A stretch of DNA of 64,000 bases, taken from NCBI GenBank assembly GCA_964016885.1, contig OZ024747.1:29760001-29824000 (forward strand). The letters are read 5' to 3'. The position numbers were made by a program, and so were the translations under genes. The notes under the pieces were generated by a model. That model made no database searches. It saw only the letters and a program-made list of their open reading frames with translations, and had not been told where the DNA came from. Shown here in pieces: positions 11,401 through 23,255 of the stretch (the first letter of the stretch is position 1; the number at the start of each line of letters is the position of its first letter). The DNA is from Eledone cirrhosa (lineage: Eukaryota).

Positions 11401-14400
11401 AAATCAGGGGGAGATAATTTGTAAAAAAAAATCAGGGGGAGATAATTTGTAAAAAAAATCAAGGGGAGATAATTTCCAGCCGTCCAAGGGGAGGTAATAT
11501 CTAGCCATCCAAGGGGAGATAATTTCCAGCCGTCCAAGGGGAGATAATTTCCAGCCGTCCAAGGGGAGATAATATCCAGCCGTCCAAGGAGACATATTTT
11601 CCAGCCGTCCAAGGAGAGGTAATTTCTAGCCGTCCAAGGGGAGATAAGTTCCAGCCTCCAAGGGGAGATAATTTCCAGCCAGCCAAGGGGAGATAATTTG
11701 TAAAAAAATCAGGGGGAGATAATTTGTAAAAAAAAAATCAGGGGGAGATAATTTGTAAAAAAATCAGGGGGAGATAATTTGTAAAAAAAAAATCAGGGGG
11801 AGATAATTTGTAAAAAAAATCAGGGGGAGATAATTTGTAGAAAAAATCAGGGGTAGATAATTTGTAAAAAAAATCAGGGGGAGATAATTTGTAAAAAAAA
11901 TCAGGGGGAGATAATTTGTAAAAAAAATCAGGGGTAGATAATTTTCAGCCGTCCAAGGGGAGATAATTTCCATCCTTCCAAGGGGAGATAATTTCCAGCC
12001 GTCCAAGGGGAGATAATCTCCCGCCAGCCAAGGAGAGATAACATTTAAAAAAATCAGGCGGAGATAATTTGTAAAAAAATCAGGGGGAGATAATTTGTAA
12101 AAAAAATCAGGGGTAGATAATTTCCAGCCGTCCAAGGGGAGATAATTTCCATCCTTCCAAGGGGAGATAATTTCCAGCCGTCCAAGGGGAGATAATTTCC
12201 CGCCAGCCAAGGAGAGATAATATTTAAAAAAATCAGGCGGAGATAATTTGTAAAAAAAATCAGGGGGAGATAATTTGTAAAAAAATCAGGGGGAGATAAT
12301 TTGTAAAAAAAAATCAGGGGGAGATAATTTGTAAAAAAAATCAGGGGGAGATAATTTGTAAAAAAAATCAGGGGTAGATAATTTGTAAAAAAAAATCAGG
12401 GGGAGATAATTTGTAAAAAAAAAATCAGGGGGAGATAATTTGTAAAAAAATCAAGGGGAGATAATTTCCAGCCGTCCAAGGGGAGATAATTTTCAGCCGT
12501 CCAAGGAGAGGTAATTTCTAGCCGTCCAAGGGGAGATAATTTCCAGCCGTCCAAGGGGAGATAATTTTTTTAAAAAAATCAGGCGGAGATAATTTGTAAA
12601 CAAAAATCAGGGGGAGATAATTTGTAAAAAAAAATCAGGGGGAGATAATTTGTAAAAAAAATCAGGGGGAGATAATTTGTAAAAAAAATCAAGGGGAGAT
12701 AATTTCCAGCCGTCCAAGGGGAGGTAATATCTAGCCATCCAAGGGGAGATAATTTCCAGCCGTCCAAGGGGAGATAATTTCCAGCCGTCCAAGGGGAGAT
12801 AATATCCAGCCGTCCAAGGAGACATATTTTCCAGCCGTCCAAGGAGAGGTAATTTCTAGCCGTCCAAGGGGAGATAAGTTCCAGCCTCCAAGGGGAGATA
12901 ATTTCCAGCCAGCCAAGGGGAGATAATTTGTAAAAAAATCAGGGGGAGATAATTTGTAAAAAAAAAATCAGGGGGAGATAATTTGTAAAAAAATCAGGGG
13001 GAGATAATTTGTAAAAAAAAAATCAGGGGGAGATAATTTGTAAAAAAAATCAGGGGGAGATAATTTGTAAAAAAAATCAGGGGTAGATAATTTGTAAAAA
13101 AAATCAGGGGGAGATAATTTGTAAAAAAAATCAGGGGGAGATAATTTGTAAAAAAAATCAGGGGTAGATAATTTTCAGCCGTCCAAGGGGAGATAATTTC
13201 CATCCTTCCAAGGGGAGATAATTTCCAGCCGTCCAAGGAGAGATAATTTCCCGCCAGCCAAGGAGAGATAACATTTAAAAAAATCAGGCGGAGATAATTT
13301 GTAAAAAAAATCAGTGGGAGATAATTTGTAAAAAAATCAGGGGGAGATAATTTGTAAAAAAAATCAGGGGTAGATAATTTCCAGCCGTCCAAGGGGAGAT
13401 AATTTCCATCCTTCCAAGGGGAGATAATTTCCAGCCGTCCAAGGGGAGATAATTTCCCGCCAGCCAAGGAGAGATAATATTTAAAAAAATCAGGCGGAGA
13501 TAATTTGTAAAAAAAATCAGGGGGAGATAATTTGTAAAAAAAATCAGGGGGAGATAATTTGTAGAAAAAATCAGGGGTAGATAATTTGTAAAAAAAATCA
13601 GGGGGAGATAATTTGTAAAAAAAATCAGGGGGAGATAATTTGTAAAAAAAATCAGGGGTAGATAATTTTCAGCCGTCCAAGGGGAGATAATTTCCATCCT
13701 TCCAAGGGGAGATAATTTCCAGCCGTCCAAGGGGAGATAATCTCCCGCCAGCCAAGGAGAGATAACATTTAAAAAAATCAGGCGGAGATAATTTGTAAAA
13801 AAAATCAGGGGGAGATAATTTGTAAAAAAATCAGGGGGAGATAATTTGTAAAAAAAATCAGGGGTAGATAATTTCCAGCCGTCCAAGGGGAGATAATTTC
13901 CATCCTTCCAAGGGGAGATAATTTCCAGCCGTCCAAGGGTAGATAATTTCCCGCCAGCCAAGGAGAGATAATATTTAAAAAAATCAGGCGGAGATAATTT
14001 GTAAAAAAAATCAGGGGGAGATAATTTGTAAAAAAATCAGGGGGAGATAATTTGTAAAAAAAAATCAGGGGGAGATAATTTGTAAAAAAAATCAGGGGGA
14101 GATAATTTGTAAAAAAAATCAGGGGTAGATAATTTGTAAAAAAAAATCAGGGGGAGATAATTTGTAAAAAAAAAATCAGGGGGAGATAATTTGTAAAAAA
14201 ATCAAGGGGAGATAATTTCCAGCCGTCCAAGGGGAGATAATTTTCAGCCGTCCAAGGAGAGGTAATTTCTCGCCGTCCAAGGGGAGATAATTTCCAGCCG
14301 TCCAAGGGGAGATAATTTTTTTAAAAAAATCAGGCGGAGATAATTTGTAAAAAAAAATCAGGGGGAGATAATTTGTAAAAAAAAATCAGGGAGAGATAAT

Positions 14401-17400
14401 TTGTAAAAAAAATCAAGGGGAGATAATTTCCAGCCGTCCAAGGGGAGGTAATATCTAGCCATCCAAGGGGAGATAATTTCCAGCCGTCCAAGGGGAGATA
14501 ATTTCCAGCCGTCCAAGGGGAGATAATATCCAGCCGTCCAAGGAGACATATTTTCCAGCCGTCCAAGGAGAGGTAATTTCTAGCCGTCCAAGGGGAGATA
14601 AGTTCCAGCCTCCACGGGGAGATAATTTCCAGCCAGCCAAGGGGAGATAATTTGTAAAAAAATCAGGGGGAGATAATTTGTAAAAAAAAAAATCAGGGGG
14701 AGATAATTTGTAAAAAAATCAGGGGGAGATAATTTGTAAAAAAAAAATCAGGGGGAGATAATTTGTAAAAAAAATCAGGGGGAGATAATTTGTAAAAAAA
14801 ATCAGGGGTAGATAATTTGTAAAAAAAATCAGGGGGAGATAATTTGTAAAAAAAATCAGGGGTAGATAATTTTCAGCCGTCCAAGGGGAGATAATTTCCA
14901 TCCTTCCAAGGGGAGATAATTTCCAGCCGTCCAAGGAGAGATAATTTCCCGCCAGCCAAGGAGAGATAACATTTAAAAAAATCAGGCGGAGATAATTTGT
15001 AAAAAAAATCAGGGGGAGATAATTTGTAAAAAAATCAGGGGGAGATAATTTGTAAAAAAAATCAGGGGTAGATAATTTCCAGCCGTCCAAGGGGAGATAA
15101 TTTCCATCCTTCCAAGGGGAGATAATTTCCAGCCGTCCAAGGGGAGATAATTTCCCGCCAGCCAAGGAGAGATAATATTTAAAAAAATCAGGCGGAGATA
15201 ATTTGTAAAAAAAATCAGGGGGAGATAATTTGTAAAAAAATCAGGGGGAGATAATTTGTAAAAGAAAATCAGGGGGAGATAATTTGTAAAAAAAATCAGG
15301 GGGAGATAATTTGTAAAAAAAAATCAGGGGTAGATAATTTGTAAAAAAAAATCAGGGGGAGATAATTTGTAAAAAAAAAATCAGGGGGAGATAATTTCCA
15401 GCCGTCCAAGGGGAGATAATTTTCAGCCGTCCAAGTAGAGGTAATTTCTAGCCGTCCAAGGGGAGATAATTTCCAGCCGTCCAAGGGGAGATAATTTTTT
15501 TAAAAAAATCAGGCGGAGATAATTTGTAAACAAAAATCAGGGGGAGATAATTTGTAAAAAAAATCAGGGGGAGATAATTTGTAAAAAAAAATCAGGGGGA
15601 GATAATTTGTAAAAAAATTCAAGGGGAGATAATTTCCAGCCGTCCAAGGGGAGGTAATATCTAGCCATCCAAGGGGAGATAATTTCCAGCCGTCCAAGGG
15701 GAGATAATTTTTTTAAAAAAATCAGGCGGAGATAATTTGTAAACAAAAATCAGGGGGAGATAATTTGTAAAAAAAAATCAGGGGGAGATAATTTGTAAAA
15801 AAAAAATCAGGGGGTGATAATTTGTAAAAAAATCAAGGGGAGATAATTTCCAGCCGTCCAAGGGGAGATAATTTTCAGCCGTCCAAGGAGAGGTAATTTC
15901 TAGCCGTCCAAGGGGAGATTATTTCCAGCCAGCCAAGGGGAGATAATTTGTAAAAAAATCAGGGGTAGATAATTTGTAAAAAAAAATCAGGGGGAGATAA
16001 TTTGTAAAAAAAATCAGGGGGAGATAATTTGTAAAAAAAATCAGGGGTAGATAATTTCCAGCCGTCCAAGGGGAGATAATTTCCATCCTTCCAAGGGGAG
16101 ATAATTTCCAGCCGTCCAAGGGGAGATAATTTCCCGCCAGCCAAGGAGAGATAACATTTAAAAAAATCAGGCGGAGATAATTTGTAAAAAAAATCAGGGG
16201 GAGATAATTTGTAAAAAAATCAGGGGGAGATAATTTGTAAAAAAAAAATCAGGGGGAGATAATTTGTAAAAAAAATCAGGGCGAGATAATTTGTAAAAAA
16301 AATCAGGGGTAGATAATTTGTAAAAAAAATCAGGGGGAGATAATTTGTAAAAAAAATCAGGGGGAGATAATTTGTAAAAAAAATCAGGGGTAGATAATTT
16401 CCAGCCGTCCAAGGGGAGATAATTTCCATCCTTCCAAGGGGAGATAATTTCCAGCCGTCCAAGGGGAGATAATTTCCCGCCAGCCAAGGAGAGATAACAT
16501 TTAAAAAAATCAGGCGGAGATAATTTGTAAAAAAAATCAGGGGGAGATAATTTGTAAAAAAATCAGGGGGAGATAATTTGTAAAAAAAATCAGGGGTAGA
16601 TAATTTCCAGCCGTCCAAGGGGAGATAATTTCCATCCTTCCAAGGGGAGATAATTTCCAGCCGTCCAAGGGGAGATAATTTCCCGCCAGCCAAGGAGAGA
16701 TAATATTTAAAAAAATCAGGCGGAGATAATTTGTAAAAAAAATCAGGGGGAGATAATTTGTAAAAAAATCAGGGGGAGATAATTTGTAAAAAAAAATCAG
16801 GGGAGATAATTTGTAAAAAAAATCAGGGGGAGATAATTTGTAAAAAAAATCAGGGGTAGATAATTTGTAAAAAAAAATCAGGGGGAGATAATTTGTAAAA
16901 AAAAAATCAGGGGGAGATAATTTGTAAAAAAATCAAGGGTAGATAATTTCCAGCCGTCCAAGGGGAGATAATTTTCAGCCGTCCAAGGAGGTAATTTCTA
17001 GCCGTCCAAGGGGAGATAATTTCCAGCCGTCCAAGGGGAGATAATTTTTTTAAAAAAATCAGGCGGAGATAATTTGTAAACAAAAATCAGGGGGAGATAA
17101 TTTGTAAAAAAAAATCAGGGGGAGATAATTTGTAAAAAAAAATCAGGGGGAGATAATTTGTAAAAAAAATCAAGGGGAGATAATTTCCAGCCGTCCAAGG
17201 GGAGGTAATATCTAGCCATCCAAGGGGAGATAATTTCCAGCCGTCCAAGGGGAGATAATTTCCAGCCGTCCAAGGGGAGATAATATCCAGCCGTCCAAGG
17301 AGACATATTTTCCAGCCGTCCAAGGAGAGGTAATTTCTAGCCGTCCAAGGGGAGATAAGTTCCAGCCTCCAAGGGGAGATAATTTCCAGCCAGCCAAGGG

Positions 17401-17950
17401 GAGATAATTTGTAAAAAAATCAGGGGGAGATAATTTGTAAAAAAAAAATCAGGGGGAGATAATTTGTAAAAAAATCAGGGGGAGATAATTTGTAAAAAAA
17501 AAATCAGGGGGAGATAATTTGTAAAAAAAATCAGGGGGAGATAATTTGTAGAAAAAATCAGGGGTAGATAATTTGTAAAAAAAATCAGGGGGAGATAATT
17601 TGTAAAAAAAATCAGGGGGAGATAATTTGTAAAAAAAATCAGGGGTAGATAATTTTCAGCCGTCCAAGGGGAGATAATTTCCATCCTTCCAAGGGGAGAT
17701 AATTTCCAGCCGTCCAAGGGGAGATAATCTCCCGCCAGCCAAGGAGAGATAACATTTAAAAAAATCAGGCGGAGATAATTTGTAAAAAAAATCAGGGGGA
17801 GATAATTTGTAAAAAAATCAGGGGTAGATAATTTCCAGCCGTCCAAGGGGAGATAATTTCCATCCTTCCAAGGGGAGATAATTTCCAGCCGTCCAAGGGG
17901 AGATAATTTCCCGCCAGCCAAGGAGAGATAATATTTAAAAAAATCAGGCG
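10200..17950. repeat. Second long duplication in satellite A, offset 5711 bp (about 10.4-12.2 kb vs 16.1-17.9 kb)
   Basis: CAGGGCGAGA at 10566/16277; GACATAT at 11591/17302; ORF-track starts 10483/16194, 11376/17087, 11764/17475 all differ by 5711. Confidence 0.85.
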
Positions 17951-20900
17951 GAGATAATTTGTAAAAAAAATCAGGGGGAGATAATTTGTAAAAAAATCAG
18001 GGGGAGATAATTTGTAAAAAAAAATCAGGGGAGATAATTTGTAAAAAAAATCAGGGGGAGATAATTTGTAAAAAAAATCAGGGGTAGATAATTTGTAAAA
18101 AAAAATCAGGGGGAGATAATTTGTAAAAAAAAAATCAGGGGGAGATAATTTGTAAAAAAATCAAGGGTAGATAATTTCCAGCCGTCCAAGGGGAGATAAT
18201 TTTCAGCCGTCCAAGGAGGTAATTTCTAGCCGTCCAAGGGGAGATAATTTCCAGCCGTCCAAGGGGAGATAATTTTTTTAAAAAAATCAGGCGGAGATAA
18301 TTTGTAAACAAAAATCAGGGGGAGATAATTTGTAAAAAAAAATCAGGGGGAGATAATTTGTAAAAAAAAATCAGGGGGAGATAATTTGTAAAAAAAATCA
18401 AGGGGAGATAATTTCCAGCCGTCCAAGGGGAGGTAATATCTAGCCATCCAAGGGGAGATAATTTCCAGCCGTCCAAGGGGAGATAATTTCCAGCCGTCCA
18501 AGGGGAGATAATATCCAGCCGTCCAAGGAGACATATTTTCCAGCCGTCCAAGGAGAGGTAATTTCTAGCCGTCCAAGGGGAGATAAGTTCCAGCCTCCAA
18601 GGGGAGATAATTTCCAGCCAGCCAAGGGGAGATAATTTGTAAAAAAATCAGGGGGAGATAATTTGTAAAAAAAAAATCAGGGGGAGATAATTTGTAAAAA
18701 AATCAGGGGGAGATAATTTGTAAAAAAAAAATCAGGGGGAGATAATTTGTAAAAAAAATCAGGGGGAGATAATTTGTAGAAAAAATCAGGGGTAGATAAT
18801 TTGTAAAAAAAATCAGGGGGAGATAATTTGTAAAAAAAATCAGGGGGAGATAATTTGTAAAAAAAATCAGGGGTAGATAATTTTCAGCCGTCCAAGGGGA
18901 GATAATTTCCATCCTTCCAAGGGGAGATAATTTCCAGCCGTCCAAGGGGAGATAATCTCCCGCCAGCCAAGGAGAGATAACATTTAAAAAAATCAGGCGG
19001 AGATAATTTGTAAAAAAAATCAGGGGGAGATAATTTGTAAAAAAATCAGGGGGAGATAATTTGTAAAAAAAATCAGGGGTAGATAATTTCCAGCCCTCCA
19101 AGGGGAGATAATTTCCATCCTTCCAAGGGGAGATAATTTCCAGCCGTCCAAGGGGAGATAATTTCCCGCCAGCCAAGGAGAGATAATATTTAAAAAAATC
19201 AGGCGGAGATAATTTGTAAAAAAAATCAGGGGGAGATAATTTGTAAAAAAATCAGGGGGAGATAATTTGTAAAAAAAAATCAGGGGGAGATAATTTGTAA
19301 AAAAAATCAGGGGGAGATAATTTGTAAAAAAAATCAGGGGTAGATAATTTGTAAAAAAAAATCAGGGGGAGATAATTTGTAAAAAAAAAATCAGGGGGAG
19401 ATAATTTGTAAAAAAATCAAGGGGAGATAATTTCCAGCCGTCCAAGGGGAGATAATTTTCAGCCGTCCAAGGAGAGGTAATTTCTAGCCGTCCAAGGGGA
19501 GATAATTTCCAGCCGTCCAAGGGGAGATAATTTTTTTAAAAAAATCAGGCGGAGATAATTTGTAAACAAAAATCAGGGGGAGATAATTTGTAAAAAAAAA
19601 TCAGGGGGAGATAATTTGTAAAAAATAATCAGGGGGAGATAATTTGTAAAAAAAATCAAGGGGAGATAATTTCCAGCCGTCCAAGGGGAGGTAATATCTA
19701 GCCATCCAAGGGGAGATAATTTCCAGCCGTCCAAGGGGAGATAATTTCCAGCCGTCCAAAGGGAGATAATATCCAGCCGTCCAAGGAGACATATTTTCCA
19801 GCCGTCCAAGGAGAGGTAATTTCTAGCCGTCCAAGGGGAGATAAGTTCCAGCCTCCAAGGGGAGATAATTTCCAGCCAGCCAAGGGGAGATAATTTGTAA
19901 AAAAATCAGGGGGAGATAATTTGTAAAAAAAAAATCAGGGGCAGATAATTTGTAAAAAAATCAGGGGGAGATAATTTGTAAAAAAAAAATCAGGGGGAGA
20001 TAATTTGTAAAAAAAATCAGGGGGAGATAATTTGTAAAAAAAATCAGGGGTAGATAATTTGTAAAAAAAATCAGGGGGAGATAATTTGTAAAAAAAATCA
20101 GGGGTAGATAATTTTCAGCCGTCCAAGGGGAGATAATTTCCATCCTTCCAAGGGGAGATAATTTCCAGCCGTCCAAGGAGAGATAATTTCCCGCCAGCCA
20201 AGGAGAGATAACATTTAAAAAAATCAGGCGGAGATAATTTGTAAAAAAAATCAGGGGGAGATAATTTGTAAAAAAATCAGGGGGAGATAATTTGTAAAAA
20301 AAATCAGGGGTAGATAATTTCCAGCCGTCCAAGGGGAGATAATTTCCATCCTTCCAAGGGGAGATAATTTCCAGCCGTCCAAGGGGAGATAATTTCCCGC
20401 CAGCCAAGGAGAGATAATATTTAAAAAAATCAGGCGGAGATAATTTGTAAAAAAAATCAGGGGGAGATAATTTGTAAAAAAATCAGGGGGAGATAATTTG
20501 TAAAAAAAAATCAGGGGGAGATAATTTGTAAAAAAAATCAGGGGGAGATAATTTGTAAAAAAAATCAGGGGTAGATAATTTGTAAAAAAAAATCAGGGGG
20601 AGATAATTTGTAAAAAAAAAATCAGTGGGAGATAATTTGTAAAAAAATCAAGGGGAGATAATTTCCAGCCGTCCAAGGGGAGATAATTTTCAGCCGTCCA
20701 AGGAGAGGTAATTTCTAGCCGTCCAAGGGGAGATAATTTCCAGCCGTCCAAGGGGAGATAATTTTTTTAAAAAAATCAGGCGGAGATAATTTGTAAACAA
20801 AAATCAGGGGGAGATAATTTGTAAAAAAAAATCAGGGGGAGATAATTTGTAAAAAAAAATCAGGGGGAGATAATTTGTAAAAAAAATCAAGGGGAGATAA

Positions 20901-21111
20901 TTTCCAGCCGTCCAAGGGGAGGTAATATCTAGCCATCCAAGGGGAGATAATTTCCAGCCGTCCAAGGGGAGATAATTTCCAGCCGTCCAAGGGGAGATAA
21001 TATCCAGCCGTCCAAGGAGACATATTTTCCAGCCGTCCAAGGAGACGTAATTTCTAGCCGTCCAAGGGGAGATAAGTTCCAGCCTCCAAGGGGAGATAAT
21101 TTCCAGCCAGC
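17171..21111. repeat. Three consecutive ~1.23-1.26-kb higher-order repeat units of satellite A (Z-A1n-X-A1n-X-A1n-Y-A1n)
   Basis: GACATAT marker spacing 1228, 1258, 1231 bp (17302, 18530, 19788, 21019); the same 1230-bp spacing occurs at 11591-12821. Confidence 0.87.
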
Positions 21112-23252
21112 CAAGGGGAGATAATTTGGAAAAAAATTAGGGGGAGATAATTTGTAAAAAAAAATTAGGGGGAGATAATTTGTAAAAAAAAATCAGGGGG
21201 AGATAATTTGTAAAAAAAAATCAGGGGGAGATAATTTGTAAAAAGAATCAAGGGGAGATAATTTCCAGCCGTCCAAGGGGAGATAATTTTCAGCCGTCCA
21301 AGGAGAGGTAAATTCTAGCCGTCCAAGGAGATATAATTTCCAGCCGTCCAAGGGGAGATAATTTCCAGCCGTCCAAGGGGAGATAATTTTAAAAAAAAAA
21401 TCAGGCGGAGATAATTTGTAAACAAAAATCAGGGGGAGATAATTTTTTAAAAAAGAAGTCAGGGGGAGATAATTTGTAAAAAAAAATCAGGGGGAGATAA
21501 TTTGTAAAAAAAATCAAGGGGAGATAATTTCCAGCCGTCCAAGGGGAGGTAATATCTAGCCATCCAAGGGGAGATAATTTCCAGCCGTCCAAGGGGAGAT
21601 AATTTCCAGCCGTCCAAGGGGAGATAATATCCAGCCGTCCAAGGAGACATATTTTCCAGCCGTCCAAGGAGAGGTAATTTCTAGCCGTCCAAGGGGAGAT
21701 AAGTTCCAGCCTCCAAGGGGAGATAATTTCCAGCCAGCCAAGGGGAGATAATTTGTAAAAAAATCAGGGGGGAGATAATTTGTAAAAAAAATCAGGGGGA
21801 GATAATTTGAAAAAAAAAATCAGGGGGAGATAATTTATAAAAAATATCAAGGGGAGATAATTTCCAGCCCTCCAAGGGGCTATAATTTCCAGCCGTGCAA
21901 GGGGAGATAATTTCCAGCCGTCCAAGGGGAGATAATTTCCATCCTTCCAAGGGGAGATAATTTCCAGCCGTCCAAGGGGAGATAATTTCCCGCCAGCCAA
22001 GGGAAGATAATTTTTTAAAAAATCAGGCGGAGATTGTAAAAAAAATCAGGGGGAGATAATTTGTAAAAAAATCAGGGGGAGATAATTTGTAAAAAAAAAA
22101 TCAGGGGGAGATAATTTGTAAAAAAAAATCAGGGGGAGATAATTTGTAAAAAAAATCAGGGGGAGATAATTTGTAAAAAAAATCAGGGGTAGATAATTTG
22201 TAAAAAAAATCAGGGGGAGATAATTTGTAAAAAAAATCAGGGGGAGATAATTTGTAAAAAAAATCAGGGGTAGATAATTTTCAGCCGTCCAAGGGGAGAT
22301 AATTTCCATCCTTCCAAGGGGAGATAATTTCCAGCCGTCCAAGGGGAGATAATTTCCCGCCCGCCAAGGAGAGATAACATTTAAAAAAATCAGGCGGAGA
22401 TAATTTGTAAAAAAATCAGGGGGAGATAATTTGTAAAAAAAATCAGGGGTAGATAATTTCCAGCCGTCCAAGGGGAGATAATTTCCATCCTTCCAAGGGG
22501 AGATAATTTCCAGCCGTCCAAGGGGAGATAATTTCCCGCCAGCCAAGGAGAGATAATATTTAAAAAAATCAGGCGGAGATAATTTGTAAAAAAAATCAGG
22601 GGGAGATAATTTGTAAAAAAATCAGGGGGAGATAATTTGTAAAAAAAAATCAGGGGGAGATAATTTGTAAAAAAAAATCAGGGGGAGATAATTTGTAAAA
22701 AAAAATCAGGGGTAGATAATTTGTAAAAAAAAATCAGGGGGAGATAATTTGTAAAAAAAAAATCAGGGGGAGATAATTTGTAAAAAAATCAAGGGGAGAT
22801 AATTTCCAGCCGTCCAAGGGGAGATAATTTTCAGCCGTCCAAGGAGAGGTAATTTCTAGCCGTCCAAGGGGAGATAATTTCCAGCCGTCCAAGGGGAGAT
22901 AATTTTTTAAAAAAAATCAGGCGGAGATAATTTGTAAACAAAAATCAGGGGGAGATAATTTGTAAAAAAAAATCAGGGGGAGATAATTTGTAAAAAAAAA
23001 TCAGGGGGAGATAATTTGTAAAAAAAATCAAGGGGAGATAATTTGTAAAAAAAAATCAGGGGTAGATAATTTGTAAAAAAAAATCAGGGGGAGATAATTT
23101 GTAAAAAAAAAATCAGGGGGAGATAATTTGTAAAAAAATCAAGGGGAGATAATTTCCAGCCGTCCAAGGGGAGATAATTTTCAGCCGTCCAAGGAGAGGT
23201 AATTTCTAGCCGTCCAAGGGGAGATAATTTCCAGCCAGCCAAGGGGAGATAA

Positions 23253-23255
23253 TTT
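23253..23255. other. Satellite A / satellite B junction with TTT microhomology
   Basis: ...CCAGCCAGCCAAGGGGAGATAA-TTTTTTT-ATGGGGGGGGTCCG...: the TTT ending the A head is also the start of the T7 run of the first B2 monomer. Confidence 0.9.

Larger units (their letters stand above)
1..23255. repeat. Satellite A: compound tandem array of 25-28-bp monomers, A1 CAGGGGGAGATAATTTGT(A)7-10T and A2 CAAGGGGAGATAATTTCCAGCCGTC; continues beyond the left edge
   Basis: Every ~26 bp the head (G)GGGAGATAATTT recurs, followed by either an A-tract tail or a CCAGCCGTC tail; no unique sequence seen between 1 and 23255. Confidence 0.98.

Noticed and set aside
21137-21170. TTAGGG hexamers, and TCAGG in every A1 head, as canonical telomere repeats
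   Set aside because: Isolated single motifs from a C>T change or embedded in a 27-bp unit; never tandem.
527-22546. Many 60-216-aa minus-strand ORFs (MAGGKLSPLGRLEIISPW..., TNYLPLIFF repeats)
   Set aside because: They are translations of the 25/27-bp monomers, mostly from TTG starts; frames shift with A-tract length, and they recur only because the satellite recurs.
1-23255. CRISPR-like layout (constant 16-bp head plus variable segment)
   Set aside because: The variable parts are only 9-13 bp and of two recurring kinds rather than unique spacers; no leader or cas genes.
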